DNA of 64,000 nt from contig JBHGNT010000007.1 of the NCBI GenBank assembly GCA_043228905.1, positions 17,298,001 through 17,362,000 of the forward strand, written 5' to 3'. The first letter of the stretch is position 1, and every line of letters starts with the position of its first letter. Below the pieces are notes generated by a model. It worked only from the letters and a program-made list of their open reading frames with translations. It made no database searches and was not told the DNA's origin. Below are positions 28,161 through 41,575 of the stretch, piece after piece. The stretch is from Azolla caroliniana (lineage: Eukaryota; Plantae; Polypodiophyta). The translations under genes were made by a program, and so were the position numbers.

Positions 28161-29721
28161 TGTTGAGAAATGAACTCAACTTCCTCAAATAGTGTTCACA
28201 CTAGCCACTGGACATCATACTAGGCTAGTCTTGTAAATAGTAGAAAGAGCAGTTGCCCTAGAGTAGTTGGTATTTAAACCAACTCTTTGTAACTTAGTTA
28301 TTGTTGGATGTAATTTATCTTTTACTAATACAACTTCTTGTTTAAGCTCTCTCTCTTTCTCTCTCGCCTTACGTGCACACACATACACACACACATAACT
28401 CGCTTCCATTGCATAACACCACCTATGTCTCACCCTCTTTACATGGTATCAGAGCGTGTGGTTGTCTGGTCAACCTCGCTCAACTGTGTTGTGATCACAC
28501 CGGCGATCAACAAAACCGGTTCAAGCAACATAGAAGAAATTGACATCATGAACACTCAGATGGGAAGCACTCTTCCTACGGAGAAGCTCGATAGAACAAA
28601 CTTCGCATCTTGGGAGTACAAGATGCATCAGTACCTTGTCGGACAAGGTTACTAGAGCTCTATGAAGGGAGCTCACGAAACTCAACCCAAACACCACACA
28701 TCGACTACCCAGCATGGGAGCAAGCCGCAAGCCGTATGTTGTATTGCCTTGCATCATGCGTTCATGATCACATGCTTGGCTATATTCGAGAGTCGAAAAG
28801 ACTGAAAGAAGCTTGGGCCAATCTCAAGAAGATTTTCGCAGCCAACACAATTGCATGTAAGCTCCAACTCCGACAGGAGTTAAACAATATGCAACAAAGG
28901 GACATGTCAATCACTGGCTATACCTTGACGATCAAGGAGTTGTGCGATGCCCTTGGATCGATCAACGTCCACACCGACGACGATGAAATGGTGCAAATAT
29001 GCCTCAACGGTTTAGCACTGCAATTGGGCACGATTAGATCAACCATTCTCGCAAGGGAGAACTGACCTTCCTTTTTCGACCTTCAGTCGATACTATTGGT
29101 GGAAGAAAATCATGCACGACAAAGGAGCAATGCACCCGATGGTTAGATGTTCTACACCCAGTCAGATGATAGAATGGAACTCAACCGAGGAAATAGAGGT
29201 CGATTCGGACGAGGGAGACAGGGTTTGCCAACCCGAGAATGCAACACCCACCATTAGCAAGTCGATGGGAGCAATTCTAGGGAGTTCGGCAAAAGGGGGA
29301 GCCATCCTACCAGACCGAGCCATTGCAACAAACCGATCGAATGCGAGTACTGTGGAAAACTCGGCCATTATGAAGAGGAGTGCTGAAAGAAGCAATGAGA
29401 CTCGGCTTCGACCAGTCAACAACTCACGAACTATGCCACGAATGCCGACTATGACGATCATGGCAGGATGTTTGTAATCAGGCATAACGTATATTCAATG
29501 GCGGCACACGATCCGACTAACACCTCTTCCCCAGATGATGTATGGTTTGTAGACTCTAGAGCGTCCAATCACATGACGTCTCATGAAGATTGGTTCCGAG
29601 AGTTGAGAAAGCCCGATCGACCCAGCTATGTTGAAATTAGAGATGACACAACTCACTCGATTCGGCATATCGGGAATGTCTCATTCGGGTATGATGGCAA
29701 ACAAACCTACCTCGAGAACGT

Positions 29722-32700
29722 TGTCGTGAAGATTTTCGTCCATAGGCGGAAACTGGGGTGGGAAGGGCAAGTCGGTGGTGTGCTACATGTGCACATGTAA
29801 ACTAGGATATGGTGTATAGAAAGAGAGGGGAAATTTTATCCCACATTGTAAGGTCCCTCCCTCCTTGGGCTATAAAAGGAAGGGAGGGGTCACTTATAAA
29901 GGGTTGCCTATTTTGTGTGAGTAAGGTATACCACTTAGTCGAGGGTTCTCCTTCTTCCCATTTCGTTTTAGGGTTAGGGTTTCGGTTAGGGTTTTCTTCT
30001 TGGGTTTTCCTTTTGGGTTTTTCATATAATCTTTTGGTGCGGCCATGGCGGCCACCATTGTTGTAATCATTCATTTCTTAATAGAACTTCATGTTGAGTA
30101 TCTTGATTGCATCTTCTTCTTCTTCTATCATAATGTCATATTCATTCTCTTCTCCTCTTGAGCTAATCTTTCTCCTCCACTCCCTAGTCCAAGACCCCCG
30201 TGGTCCCGTCCTTCTACACGCACGTGCGTAACAACGCGACATCTTTGGTGAACTCGACGTGAAGAGGCGGCAAGGGAGGATGGAGATGGAAGAAGACTTC
30301 GACTTCGAGGAGATGATGGCAAAGATCGTAATGGATGCGCGACGGAAAAAGGCGAGGCAAGATGCGGTTCAACAAGCCGTCGAGAGGGTGGTCGATCGAG
30401 TCGGCCGATTCAACGGGGACGATGTCCCGAGGTTCTTGGAAGCATACGATGCCGAGATGATGGAGTGGGGCGTGGAAGAAGCGATGCGGCTAGAGTATTT
30501 TCGTCGAGTGGCGGCCGTATCGATGCATAAAGAGGTCAAGGAGCTTCAAGAAGCTCACGAGTCGTGGGAGTCCTTCGAGGGAGCTCTAATGGAGGCATAC
30601 GGATACGCGAAACCAAAGTGGGTATGCCGGCAATATGATGGGGAGCGGTCAGCAACGACTTGGCCCACGAGCGACGGAAAAGAGAGGGCGGTGGGCGGCT
30701 ACACACCACCGCCGGAAAAGAGCTTGACGCGCGATCAACCGGAGGAGTACGACTTCGAGGCGTTGGTATGGGAGGCGTGCGAGAGCGTGAAGGTGAAGTT
30801 CGAAGCCGAGGAAGGGCTTATTACGGAGTTGGGCCCAATCGGATCGAAGGATGCGGAGGAAGAAGCCTCCCTAGACGTAGAAGACGGGCTTATATGGAGG
30901 CTGGGAGAGCGTACGACGGCGACATAGGAGAGGGTGCGGAGCAAGCGACCCTCTTGCCTTGCGGTGAAGGGACGGCCATGGAGGCCGGTAACTACGAATT
31001 CGGGACATGGTGGCCCGAAACATCGAGTGAGGAGGAGACAAGCGGCGGTGCCGCGACCTTACACACACCAGTCCTAGAGGCTCCGGCGGCTGGCCCGAGT
31101 GCCGGCGTGAGACTTAGAGTGACGGGTGGTGGCGGCGGCAAGGCGGGCAACCAAGACGACGGCAAGGAGATCGAGGAAGAGGAGGCGGCAAGCATAATCG
31201 AGGCTTCCGCGATTGGAGACGGGGTAGCCACAGACAACGACATACGGATAGAGGTGGCTACGGACATAACGAGCGGCGGTGCCGCGACCTTACACACACC
31301 GGCCCTAGAGGTTCCGGCGGTCAGCCCGAGTGCCGACATGAGACCTAGAGCGACGGGCAGTGGTGGCGGCAAGGCGGGCTACCACGTCGACGAAGAGAAC
31401 AAGGAAGAGATAGCCACGGACCACGGCGTCCGAACGAAGGTGGCTACGAACATGGCATCGGCGAGTAACGGTACCAGGACTTTTCCCACACCTATTCTAG
31501 AGACTTCGGCAGTCGGCCCCGAGAGCCCACGTGAGACCGGAGAGACGGAAGGTGGTGGCGGCAAAGCGGACGATCGAAAAGAAGACAAGGAAGGTCATAG
31601 CGGACGGAGGCAAGACCTCTCGACACCGAGCCCGGAGACTACGGGGTTGCGCTCGAATGCCAACATAAGACCAGAGAGAAGGGTAGTGGCCGTGAGGAGC
31701 GAACACGTACAAAGATGAGGATGCGAGGCTTGGAACGGGCATATACGAGAGGACTGACGGAGAGGTCGGGAGCGGCAAAGAGGAGAGAGTCGGGAACCGA
31801 CCCGACCGGAAGATGAACCGGTCGATAATCCGACACAACCGGAAGACGACGCAGAAGAAGATTGGAGCGGGATCCGGTCAACCGGGCCCGAACCGAAGAA
31901 GAGCCGGCAAGGCCGGATTTGTTCGGACAAACATGTACCGACCGGTTACGATTACGGAAGGGAGCCGACCAAATCGGAAATCGATCGGCCGAGACTGATC
32001 CGGGCGAAGGCTAAGTCGGCATGATTGGAGGTCGAGGCGAACGGGTCAAAACACCCGGTGGGAGCCGGTGAGCACGAGAAGGAGGCCAAGCATGCACAAG
32101 GAGTACGACTCGGTGGGAGGCCAAGAGCGAGAGGGACCCTCCTCACCTATTCTTGAGACTTCGGTAGTTGTGGATCAGCATAAGACCGAAGAGACAGCGG
32201 GTGGCGGCGAGGAGTCGGAGACCGGAACGAACGAGGCTACCGGAACGGGTACCCGGTGCGTGAAGACGGACGAGCATGACCCAGACGACAAGCCGGAGTC
32301 GAAAGGGGCTACGGCAACAAAGGACGAAGAGACCGACGCGGAGGTTGGGTCTACAGCGGATGAGGCGCGTAATACGAAGTATGCACTACGGCGTAAAACG
32401 GAGCATGCACTACGGCCGGCGAAGGGCCAAGAATCAAGCATGCATTCGGGGGAGCCGCAACGAGTGACCGACGATGACGGTCGGAGGAAGCCTTCGAGAG
32501 GCAAGCGCGGGACGACGGACGGTGCGACGAGATGCCAAGATCGACGGAACGAGACGAGCGTGATCGGCATAAACGAAGGACTATGTCTGGGAAAACGGAG
32601 GGGATGCGTGGAGAACGAAGGGTCATGTACCGTGAAGAGAAAACGGGGCATCCCAAAGGATGTGTGCGACCGAGCGGGCCAGGCAGGCCAAGAAGGCACA

Positions 32701-34496
32701 AGTCGAGGTGAGGCGGTAACGAGAGCCTCGAGGGACACCGACATGGAGGTCGGGATGACGGTACGCTCTATGGCGAGAGAGCATGACGGGCAAAGGAGAG
32801 GCAAGGAATGCAGAATGGGGGCGCCTAAGGGCCAAAGAATGAGCGCATATTCGGGGGACAACATCGACGCATGGGAAAAGCCTATGGAAGGCAAGCACGG
32901 AGCGGGAAGAATCGACAAACGAGGTGTTCAATATGCGGAGACGATAAAACCAAAGGAGCGGCACGCAAAGGGCGGAAACCGGAGTGCGACCGGAGAGATC
33001 CGGAGCGCATCCGGAGGACATGCAAGGCGGACCAAGAGGGTGTACCTGGGGGGGAAGCGGCAACATCGGAGGTTGCGGAGGACACCGAAGACGAGAGCAC
33101 TGACACGGATGTCGGGGAAGCAATGTACCTTTTCGAAAGGGTACACAGATCGGAGCGGAGTGCGAGACGTGCGATGTGGCCGTGTAAGGGCCGAACGACA
33201 AGCATGAGGATGATCGGCGAGCATGGAAGGCTATGTCTTGAGAACTGGAGGAGGTGCGTGGAGAGCAATGGGCTACGGAAGCGCGGCGTCCCGGAAAGCA
33301 TGCGAGGCCAAGCGGGCAAGGAGGGCGAGAGACGGGATGAAGCGGTAACGGGAGTCGCGAAGGACACTGACATGGTGGTTGGGATGACGGTACGCTCTAC
33401 GGCGAGAGAGCACGGCGCGCAATGGAGAAGCGAGGAGCGTGTAATGAGGTCGTTGAGGGACCGAAAAACGAGCGCATGTTCGGGAGACAACAAGGGCCCA
33501 CGGAAAGAGCCTACGGAAGGTGAGCTTGAAACGGAGGGAATCGGCACGAGGTGTTCGAGACGAAGGGAGGATCGAGCCAGAGATGGAACACAAGCGGTAT
33601 GCGAGGGGCAGAATCCGGCGAGCAAACGGGGTGACCAAGGGCCTAATCGGAGGACCTACGTGGTAGACAAAGAAAGAGTGACCGGATCGGCAATGGCGTT
33701 CGGGAGGACCGACCGGGGAGGAAGGCGTGTGTGGTGGATATGGCGGTTCGGATGGAGCCGCGGGTTCGGGGACACACGGTGGACGTGGTGGATCGGATGG
33801 AGCGGACGGGTCGGGGCCGGTAAGGAGCCGGCAAGACGGATCAGCGTCGGCAAGGGACTGGCAAGACGGTTGGGTCCCGGTAAGGCGAAAGACCCGGTTG
33901 ATCACCTTCGCCGAAATCTCTCACCCTTTTCCTTTCTTGGCAAATACCAGTGGATTAGCGGTTTGGTGGGGGTGGATGTCGTGAAGATTTTCGTCCATAG
34001 GCGGAAACCGGGGTGGGAAGGGCAAGTCGGTGGTGTGCTACATGTGCACATGTAAACTAGGATATGGTGTATAGAAAGAGAGGGGAAATTTTATCCCACA
34101 TTGTAAGGTCCCTCCCTCCTTGGGCTATAAAAGGAAGGGAGGGGTCACTTATGAAGGGTTGCCTATTTTGTGTGAGTAAGGTATACCACTTAGTCGAGGG
34201 TTCTCCTTCTTCCCATTTCGTTTTAGGGTTAGGGTTTCGGTTAGGGTTTTCTTCTTGGGTTTTCCTTTTGGGTTTTTCATATAATCTTTTGGTGCGGCCA
34301 TGGCGGCCACCATTGTTGTAATCATTCATTTCTTAATAGAACTTCATGTTGAGTATCTTGATTGCATCTTCTTCTTCTTCTATCATAATGTCATATTCGT
34401 TCTCTTCTCCTCTTGAGCTAATCTTTCTCCTCCACTCCCTAGTCCAAGACCCCCGTGGTCCCGCCCTTCTACACGCACGCGCATAACAACGCGACA
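29722..34496 (+). mobile_element. young non-autonomous gypsy-type LTR element with tRNA-Trp PBS
   Basis: 520-bp LTRs (29722-30241, 33977-34496) differ at about 6 positions by eye. 4-bp TSD ACGT. PBS TGGTGAACTCGACGTGA at 30246. Gag-like start RFNGDDVPRFLEAY. No recognisable pol. Confidence 0.88.
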
Positions 34497-37400
34497 ACGT
34501 GTTGCATGTCCCATCCATCACCAAAAACCTGGTCTTGGTAGGCCAGATTGTAGAACAAGCCATGCAAGTACGATTCAATAACGAAGGGTGCTTTATTGAG
34601 AAAGAAGGCCAACTAGTAGCTCACACTCGAAGAGAAGGCCGAATGTTCATCCTCGAATTGAATTAGGTGAAGTCGGCTATGTTTGCGACAAGCCTCAAAA
34701 TCGAAACTGACTTGAACTTGTGGCACAAGCAAATTAGCCACATGAATTTCCAAAAGCTTAAAGGAATGCAATCGAAAGGAGTCATAATCGGATTCCCGAC
34801 ATTTCTCGAAAAGGAGATTGCAGGTGTATGCGAAGTCTGTTAGTTCGGCAAACAACACTGACAACCATTCCTGAAAGAGAGGAATGTGAGCAAAGGGATC
34901 CTGGATGTAGTACATTCAAATGTTTGGGGACCAACACAAACAACCACATTTGGCGGATGCCGATATTATGTCTTGTTCATTGACGACTTCTCAAGGCATG
35001 TTTAGATCTATCCTATGCAGCAAAAGAGTGAAGTGATTGGACACTTCCAAAGGTTTAAAAACGAAGTCCAAAAAGCCACAAGTCGGCATGTTCAATGCCT
35101 TCGATCGGATGGAGGCAATGAGTATTTCTCAGAAGATTTTACGGCATACCTCCGAAAGGAAGGAATTCGACGAGAATTCTCACGCCAACACACACTGAAC
35201 GAAAGAATAGACCCATAATAGAGGTAGCAAGGGCCATGATGAACGAGAAGAACCTACCAAAATCGTATTGGGTAGAAGCAGCCAACACAATTGTCTACCT
35301 CATGAATAGGTGTACAACCTCTGGGGTACATGACGTAACCCCTCATTACAAGTTTTTCAGAAAGAAGTCGAATCTATCACATATCTGGATATTCGGCTCC
35401 ATCGCCTACGTGCATATTCCCAACGAGAAGCGACAAAAGCTTGACCCGAAGTTGGGGAAATGAATCCTTTTAGGGTACTCACTCGAACAAAAAGGGTACA
35501 AATGCTACATTCATCTAACCGAAAAGCTCGAGTAAGTCAAGATGTCGTTTTCAACGAGTTGGCATCCTGGTACGAATCAGAGACGACTCCAATTTTGACT
35601 CCAATCCACTCGGAATCGACCGAACAAGAGATAGAAGACGAAGTCCGACGGAGGTGCATGTTCAAAGAAAGTCCAACTGCGACAAGGCTGAGTGGATCAC
35701 AAGTGCCCCCGAGTGACCAAAGCACATCTCGGTCAAGTTCATTGCTAGACAAAGAGAAGGCCAAAATGCCAAAATACGAAGATCCGATCGACAACCAATC
35801 AACTCAATCCCTTGACAGTGAGTTCGAAGTCCTTGACATCCCAATCATCTGGATGAAGAACGCCTTCCTACAAGGCGAATTAGAAGAGGAGGTCTTCATG
35901 ATTCAACCACCTAGTTTCGAATCGAGTGAACACCCGAAAGGAGTCTGCCGACTCAGGAAGCCTTTATACGGCCTCAAGCAAGCACTATGTGCCTGGCATT
36001 TGAAGATCACCCCAGTATCTTCACCAAAACTACTTTCGAATGTTGAAATCAGACAACTCCCTATACATCCGAAACGAGTTGAACAACCCGATTATCATCA
36101 TCTTTTACGTGGATGATCTGGTCATTGGAGGAAAGGATCTCGTTGAGATTAATAAGGTCAAATCTCTCCTATCTGGCAAATTCAAAATGAAAGATATACA
36201 CGAGCTCCATTACTTCCTCGGCATCAAAGTAATTTGGACACCAGTCAGGATACTGATCTCTCAACATCACTACATTCTCAACTTATTCTACAAGTTTGGG
36301 ATGACTGAATGTAAACCTATGTCTACCCCTCTCGATCGAAATCTCAAGCTCAATGTTGATTCGGGAACAGAAGAGTGTGAGCCAACTCAGTATCGCCAAC
36401 CTAATCTATCTAACTATCACACGACCCGACCTCAACCAGTCAGTCGGCCTACTTAGCCAATCCATGCAGAATCCTCGAGATGTTCATCTCGATTGCGCTA
36501 AGAGGGTACTTCGGTACGCCCATGGGATGTTAGATTTCAACATCATATACAAGTCGGATACGATAATTCAGCTCGAAGGGTACACAAATGTAGACTGGGT
36601 AGGCTATAAAGCCGATAGACAATCAACGTCTAGATTCATCTTCTCCCTCGGCAGCCGTGTGATCTCCCGGAGCAAAAAAAGTAGTTGATAGTCGCACTGT
36701 CAAGCACAAAGGCCGAATACATGGGCGCGACAATCGCCGCATGCGAGGCTGTTTGGTTGAACCGCATATTGAAGGATCTAGGCATTCCCATCAAGGATCT
36801 GATTATCCTATGCTGCAACAACATGAGCATTATCTACTGGCTCGGAACCCCGTGTTCCACGCATGAACTAAGCATATCGAAGTACACTACCACAGGAGCG
36901 CATTCAGGGTGGAGATTTCGATTTACAACACATTAGCACAAATCTTTAGGTGGCTGACATCTTCACAAAAGCTCTGGGTATTGACAAATTGGGGCAATTC
37001 GTGACGAACCTTTGTCTCTCGATCACCGATCAACCACACTTGAGGGGTACTACATATCACGGACACACCAACCCTAGACTACGATGGAGCACGAATGACG
37101 AGGCTACAATTGATAAGGTTACAAACGTGGAACAAAACGTGATGAGGCTAGAAACTTGGGAAGTTGGGAGCAATGAGATGAGGAACTTAAGACACTAAGA
37201 ACAATACAAGAGCATAAAGACAAAGATGTAAATCAAGGAGAGAAGATGGGGCTCAACAAGAATACTAGATTGACGTGTTAGTGACTAGTGTTGAATCCCT
37301 TGAAAGGGACCAAGGAGGTTACAAGTATTTATACTGTGAGTCGAATTACATGCATTAGAATATTCAAGAGAATATTCTAGAACCTTATAGTTCTAGAACT

Positions 37401-37689
37401 TTCTAAAAACTCCTAGAACTTGAAATAGAAAATCTACTAATAATCTACTAAGATATACATAATATGAACATATATTTGGATGTGTTGGTTAGGATACAAC
37501 ACTTGATTATATATGTCAAAAGGTCAAGAGTTCAAATCTTGACATGATCGTTGTCATGTCTGTGACATTATCCTCCCCTTTATGATCGCCTTTTCAAAAG
37601 CGTGGTGTAGGGGTGACCTAAAAGAGAAAACCAAAGTACGTTGAGGAGTGAGTGACCATTAGCAATCCTTACCAGAAATAGGAGCATGG

Positions 37690-38230
37690 GTGAACGTGAG
37701 CGACCATGTGTGGTCCTCACCGGAGACTAGAAAACCAACGGGCATGAGTGACCATGTACGGTCCTCATCGGAGACTATAACACCAATGTGAGTGTGAGAA
37801 ACCATGTTCGGTCCTCACCGGAGACTGGAACACCAGCGTGAGTGTGAGCGACAATGTACGGTCCTCACCGGGAACTAGAACACCAACGGGCATGAGCAAC
37901 CATGTACGGTCCTCATCGGAGACTAGAACACCAATGTGAGTGACCATGTGCGGTCCTCACTGGGAATTGGAACACCAATGGACGTGAGCGACCATGTGCA
38001 GTCCTCACCGGGAACTGGAACACCAATAGGTGTGAGCAACCATGTACAACCCTCAACAGAGACACAAACACCAAGGGCGTGAGAGACCGTATACGGTCTT
38101 CACAGGAGACAGGAACACCAATGGAAATCAGCGACCATGTGTGGTCCTCACTAGGAACTTGAACACCAACAGGCGTGAGCAACCATGTGCGTTCATCACT
38201 AAGAAATGAACACCAACGGATGTGAGCGAG
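37690..38230. repeat. minisatellite, unit about 54-58 bp (GTGAGCGACCATGTACGGTCCTCACCGGAGACTAGAACACCAA...)
   Basis: About 9-10 degenerate tandem units inside the non-autonomous element, followed by a GAT/AGA-rich repeat at 38420-38770. Confidence 0.85.
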
Positions 38231-39019
38231 AAACACAAAGAAACATAGAGATCAAGATGTTGAGGTTCTGAAGAAACACAAGGACACATATACAAAGGTT
38301 GATAGAAAACACAAAGATAGGGATGAAGGTGATAGGAAACGTAGAGAAAGTGACGAAGATAATAAGAAACACATAGATAGAGGGTAAAACGGTAGGAAAC
38401 ACAAGGAGAAGGATGACAATGACAAAAAAGGCAATATAGGGATGTGGAAGATGATAAGAAGTGCAGAGATAGAGATGATGATGAGAAGAAACTAAGAGAT
38501 AGAGATGCGAAGGATGAGAAAAAACTAGGAGATAGAGATGATGATGAGAAGAAACTAGGAGATAGGGATGTGGAAGATGATAAGAAATGCAGAGATAGAG
38601 ATGATGATAAGAAACTAGGAGAGAAAAGACAGAGACGATGATGAAAAGAAACTAAGAGATAAAGATGGCAAGGAAGATAGAAAACAAAGGGATGTTGATG
38701 ATGGTAACTCTAGAACCGATGACGATGACGATGGTAACTCTAGAAGCAAGGTCGATGATGAAGACGAGTAATGCTTCTAGTTGGAAGGGATTCAAACTAT
38801 CACGGACACACCAACCCTAGACTATGACGGAGCACGAATGACGAGGCTACGATCGATAAGGTTACAAACGTGGAACTCAACGTGATGAGGTTAGAAACTC
38901 GGGAAGTTGGGAGCAACGAGATGAGGAACTTAAGACGCTAGGAACAATACAAAAGCATAAAGACAAAGATGTAAATCAAGGAGAGAAGATGGGGCTAAAC
39001 AAGAATACTAGATTGACGT

Positions 39020-39676
39020 TGTCATAGTCTAATTCGCACACTACAGAAATATTTAATAAAAAAAATCTGATTGTAGTATGCATAAATAAATAAAAGAAAA
39101 TATTAAAAATATTGTTACATGCATAGGGCAAGATTCGAACCCTATAGCTCCATGTTAACGATTTTAAGCCTTACCACTGTACTAGCATATTATGAGTTTT
39201 AAAGTTATACTAAACTTTATCCCATGAAAATATTCTAGATATGCATGATAGAAAAAGTTATTCATGCATACACACTCGAGTTAAAAGAAAAGATGTGATA
39301 GAAAGCTAATCATGCACATGTAGTGTGCATGAAAACTAAAGTTAGGAAAAGCATGATGATTGCATGTGATAAACTTAGACTCTTCCATCACTATATAAGG
39401 AAGAGAGAAAGATGTATATGGGGGTTGATTTTTTATAAGGCTTGATTAGTATAAAATATAATTTCGTGGGATTCATGATTTTGCCATCTACTTCTCTCTT
39501 ACCATCTAAGTATCAATTAATACACTATACTCGTGGGATTCACGAGTTTCATATCTTCATCTTGCAATCTATTCATAACAAGCTAACCTTATATCATATT
39601 CCTCTTTCTCCTAGTCCAAAACCCTAGTGCTTCCCACCCGACTCACACAAACGATCCGACGCTGAAAGGCAAGCCA
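39020..39676 (+). mobile_element. solo LTR
   Basis: TG...CA termini and TATA ctatataag near 39391. 4-bp TSD ACGT/ACAT. Its removal restores the sequence of the sister LTR (ttgacgtgtta). Confidence 0.75.
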
Positions 39677-40180
39677 ACATGTTAATGACTGGTGTTGATT
39701 CCCTTGAAAGGGACCAAGGAGGTTACAAGTATTTATACTGTGAGTCGAAGTACATGCATTAGAATATTCAAGAGAATATTCTAGAACCCTCTAGAACCTT
39801 ATAGTTCTAGAACTTTCTAAAAACTCCTAGAACTTGAAATAGATAATCTACTAATAATCTGCTAAGATATACATAACATGACCATATATTTGGATGTGTT
39901 GGTTAGAACACAACATTTGACTATATATGTCAAGAGGTCAAAAGTTCAAATCTTGACATGAACGTTGTCATCATGTCTGTGCCAGTACAGTAGTCGATTA
40001 ACCGATTGATGCCGACCAAAGGAGTCAAAGTATGATGATAATTGAGCCCACAAGCAACATGAAGCAATCGAGCAGTCAGGACGATGCCCTAGAGTAGTTG
40101 TTATTTAAACCAACTTTTTATAACTTAGTTACTGTTGGATGTAATTTATCTTTTACTAATACAACTTCTTGTTCAAGCTC

Positions 40181-40408
40181 TCTTTTTTCTTTTTTCTTTT
40201 TTTCGTAATTAGCTTACCCTAGCGGTAAGTTGTTAACACTACAAGCACCGCGTCTTGGGTTCGAAATCCAATTTTCTCTCTTCTCTCTATTACATACTTC
40301 ATGTATATCTCTTAATTCACTAGATGCCACCGTGGAATGTAGGGGTTGAACCCATGACCACCTGGTCTTCATTGGGCAACCTTACCAACTGAGCTACATC
40401 CATCAAGG
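40181..40408 (-). mobile_element. tRNA-derived SINE
   Basis: Minus-strand head GGATGTAGCTCAGTTGGTAAGG...GGGTTCAACCCC (A and B boxes), A-rich tail, 13-bp TSD CTTGTTCAAGCTC at 40168-40180 and 40409-40421. Confidence 0.8.
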
Positions 40409-40418
40409 CTTGTTCAAG

Positions 40419-40510
<92 letters not shown>

Positions 40511-40513
<3 letters not shown>

Positions 40514-40949
40514 ACCATATTCTTCGCGGAACGGGGAAATCGTACACATCCATACATGTTAGAGCCCATACTATTATCTTCCATTCGAACCATTGCTTCC
40601 ATGCGACTTAGCTCACATGCATTGCGATGTGAAACAGGGCGTTGGGGTACAAGTGATGAGAGTGGTCGGCTATGCGCACTTTGCCCTAAACAAGTTTGCG
40701 AGTCTGAGTATCACACTTTGATACAATCCTCTGCCTTTGATCATATTCAACCATGCTTTACACATCTCTTCGATCGAGCCCAATCTTTGCATGAATTCCT
40801 CTCACAACCACAATGTGCACTCTCGATTGCAACATTCATTGGTAAAGTTCTTGAACATCGAGAGTCACTACTCACTTTCACACATATCACGTGAAATGTA
40901 ATATTTTTGGTCTCATAGGTCATATTTGACCTCCGAAGACGATAATATA

Positions 40950-40980
<31 letters not shown>
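40511..40980 (+). mobile_element. 5'-truncated LINE 3' end within a (TC)n microsatellite
   Basis: Homologous to 43181-43657. (TATC)n tail, flanked by (TC)n at 40422-40510 and 40981-41036. Confidence 0.88.
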
Positions 40981-41036
<56 letters not shown>

Positions 41037-41038
<2 letters not shown>

Positions 41039-41539
41039 AGTATTAATGGAGGAAGGTTGCCTTAGATGTAAAGGTTTATATTGTTGCTTTGTAGACTTCA
41101 AGAAAGCTTTTGATATGGTACCTCGTAGGGATTGGCAACGGCTCGGCTCAAGCCTAAACCGTTTGGCTTAGCCGGCTTGAAAACGGCTTAGCGGCTTAGC
41201 GACTCGGCTTGGCTCGGTTTAGGCTTGAACTTGCCTTAACGGTTTGAGCTCGGCTCGGCTTGGCTTGAGCCTCGCCAAACCGGCTCAAGCCGGCTAAGCC
41301 AGATAAACCGTTTAAGCCGTTTATAAACTTTAGAGAGGGGGAGAGAGACAACAGACAAGGGGAAAGAGAGAGAGAGAGAGTGAGGGAGGGAGAACTACAT
41401 AGACGAGGAGAGAGAGACAGAGGGAGGGAGACAACATATAAGGAGAGAGAGAGAGAGAGAGAGGGAGGGAGACAACATATAAGGAGAGAGAGACTACACA
41501 GAGGGGAGAGAGAGAGAGAGAGGGAGGAACTACATAGAG

Positions 41540-41575
<36 letters not shown>

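Larger units (their letters stand above)
37055..39984 (-). mobile_element. non-autonomous (TRIM/LARD-like) LTR element
   Basis: LTRs 37055-37567 and 38798-39984 (the second is interrupted). PPT complement ttatcctcccctt at 37568. Imperfect TSD ctaca/gtaca. The internal region is repeats only. Confidence 0.85.

Noticed and set aside
28232-28240. Alternative copia 5' LTR start at TGTAAATAG
   Set aside because: No matching TSD. The start at 28161 gives a perfect CATAT TSD, resembles the LTR start of copy 1 and restores the host frame.
30660-33990. Long overlapping ORFs on both strands as novel genes
   Set aside because: GC- and purine-rich degenerate repeats are poor in stop codons. No domain motifs appear beyond the gag N-terminus.
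37690-38230. CRISPR-like repeat array
   Set aside because: Units are degenerate along their whole length with no unique spacers and no cas genes. The context is eukaryotic and inside an LTR element, so this is a minisatellite.
40330-40402. Genuine tRNA gene
   Set aside because: Poor cloverleaf pairing, and it is flanked by a TSD and an A-rich tail, so it is a SINE head.
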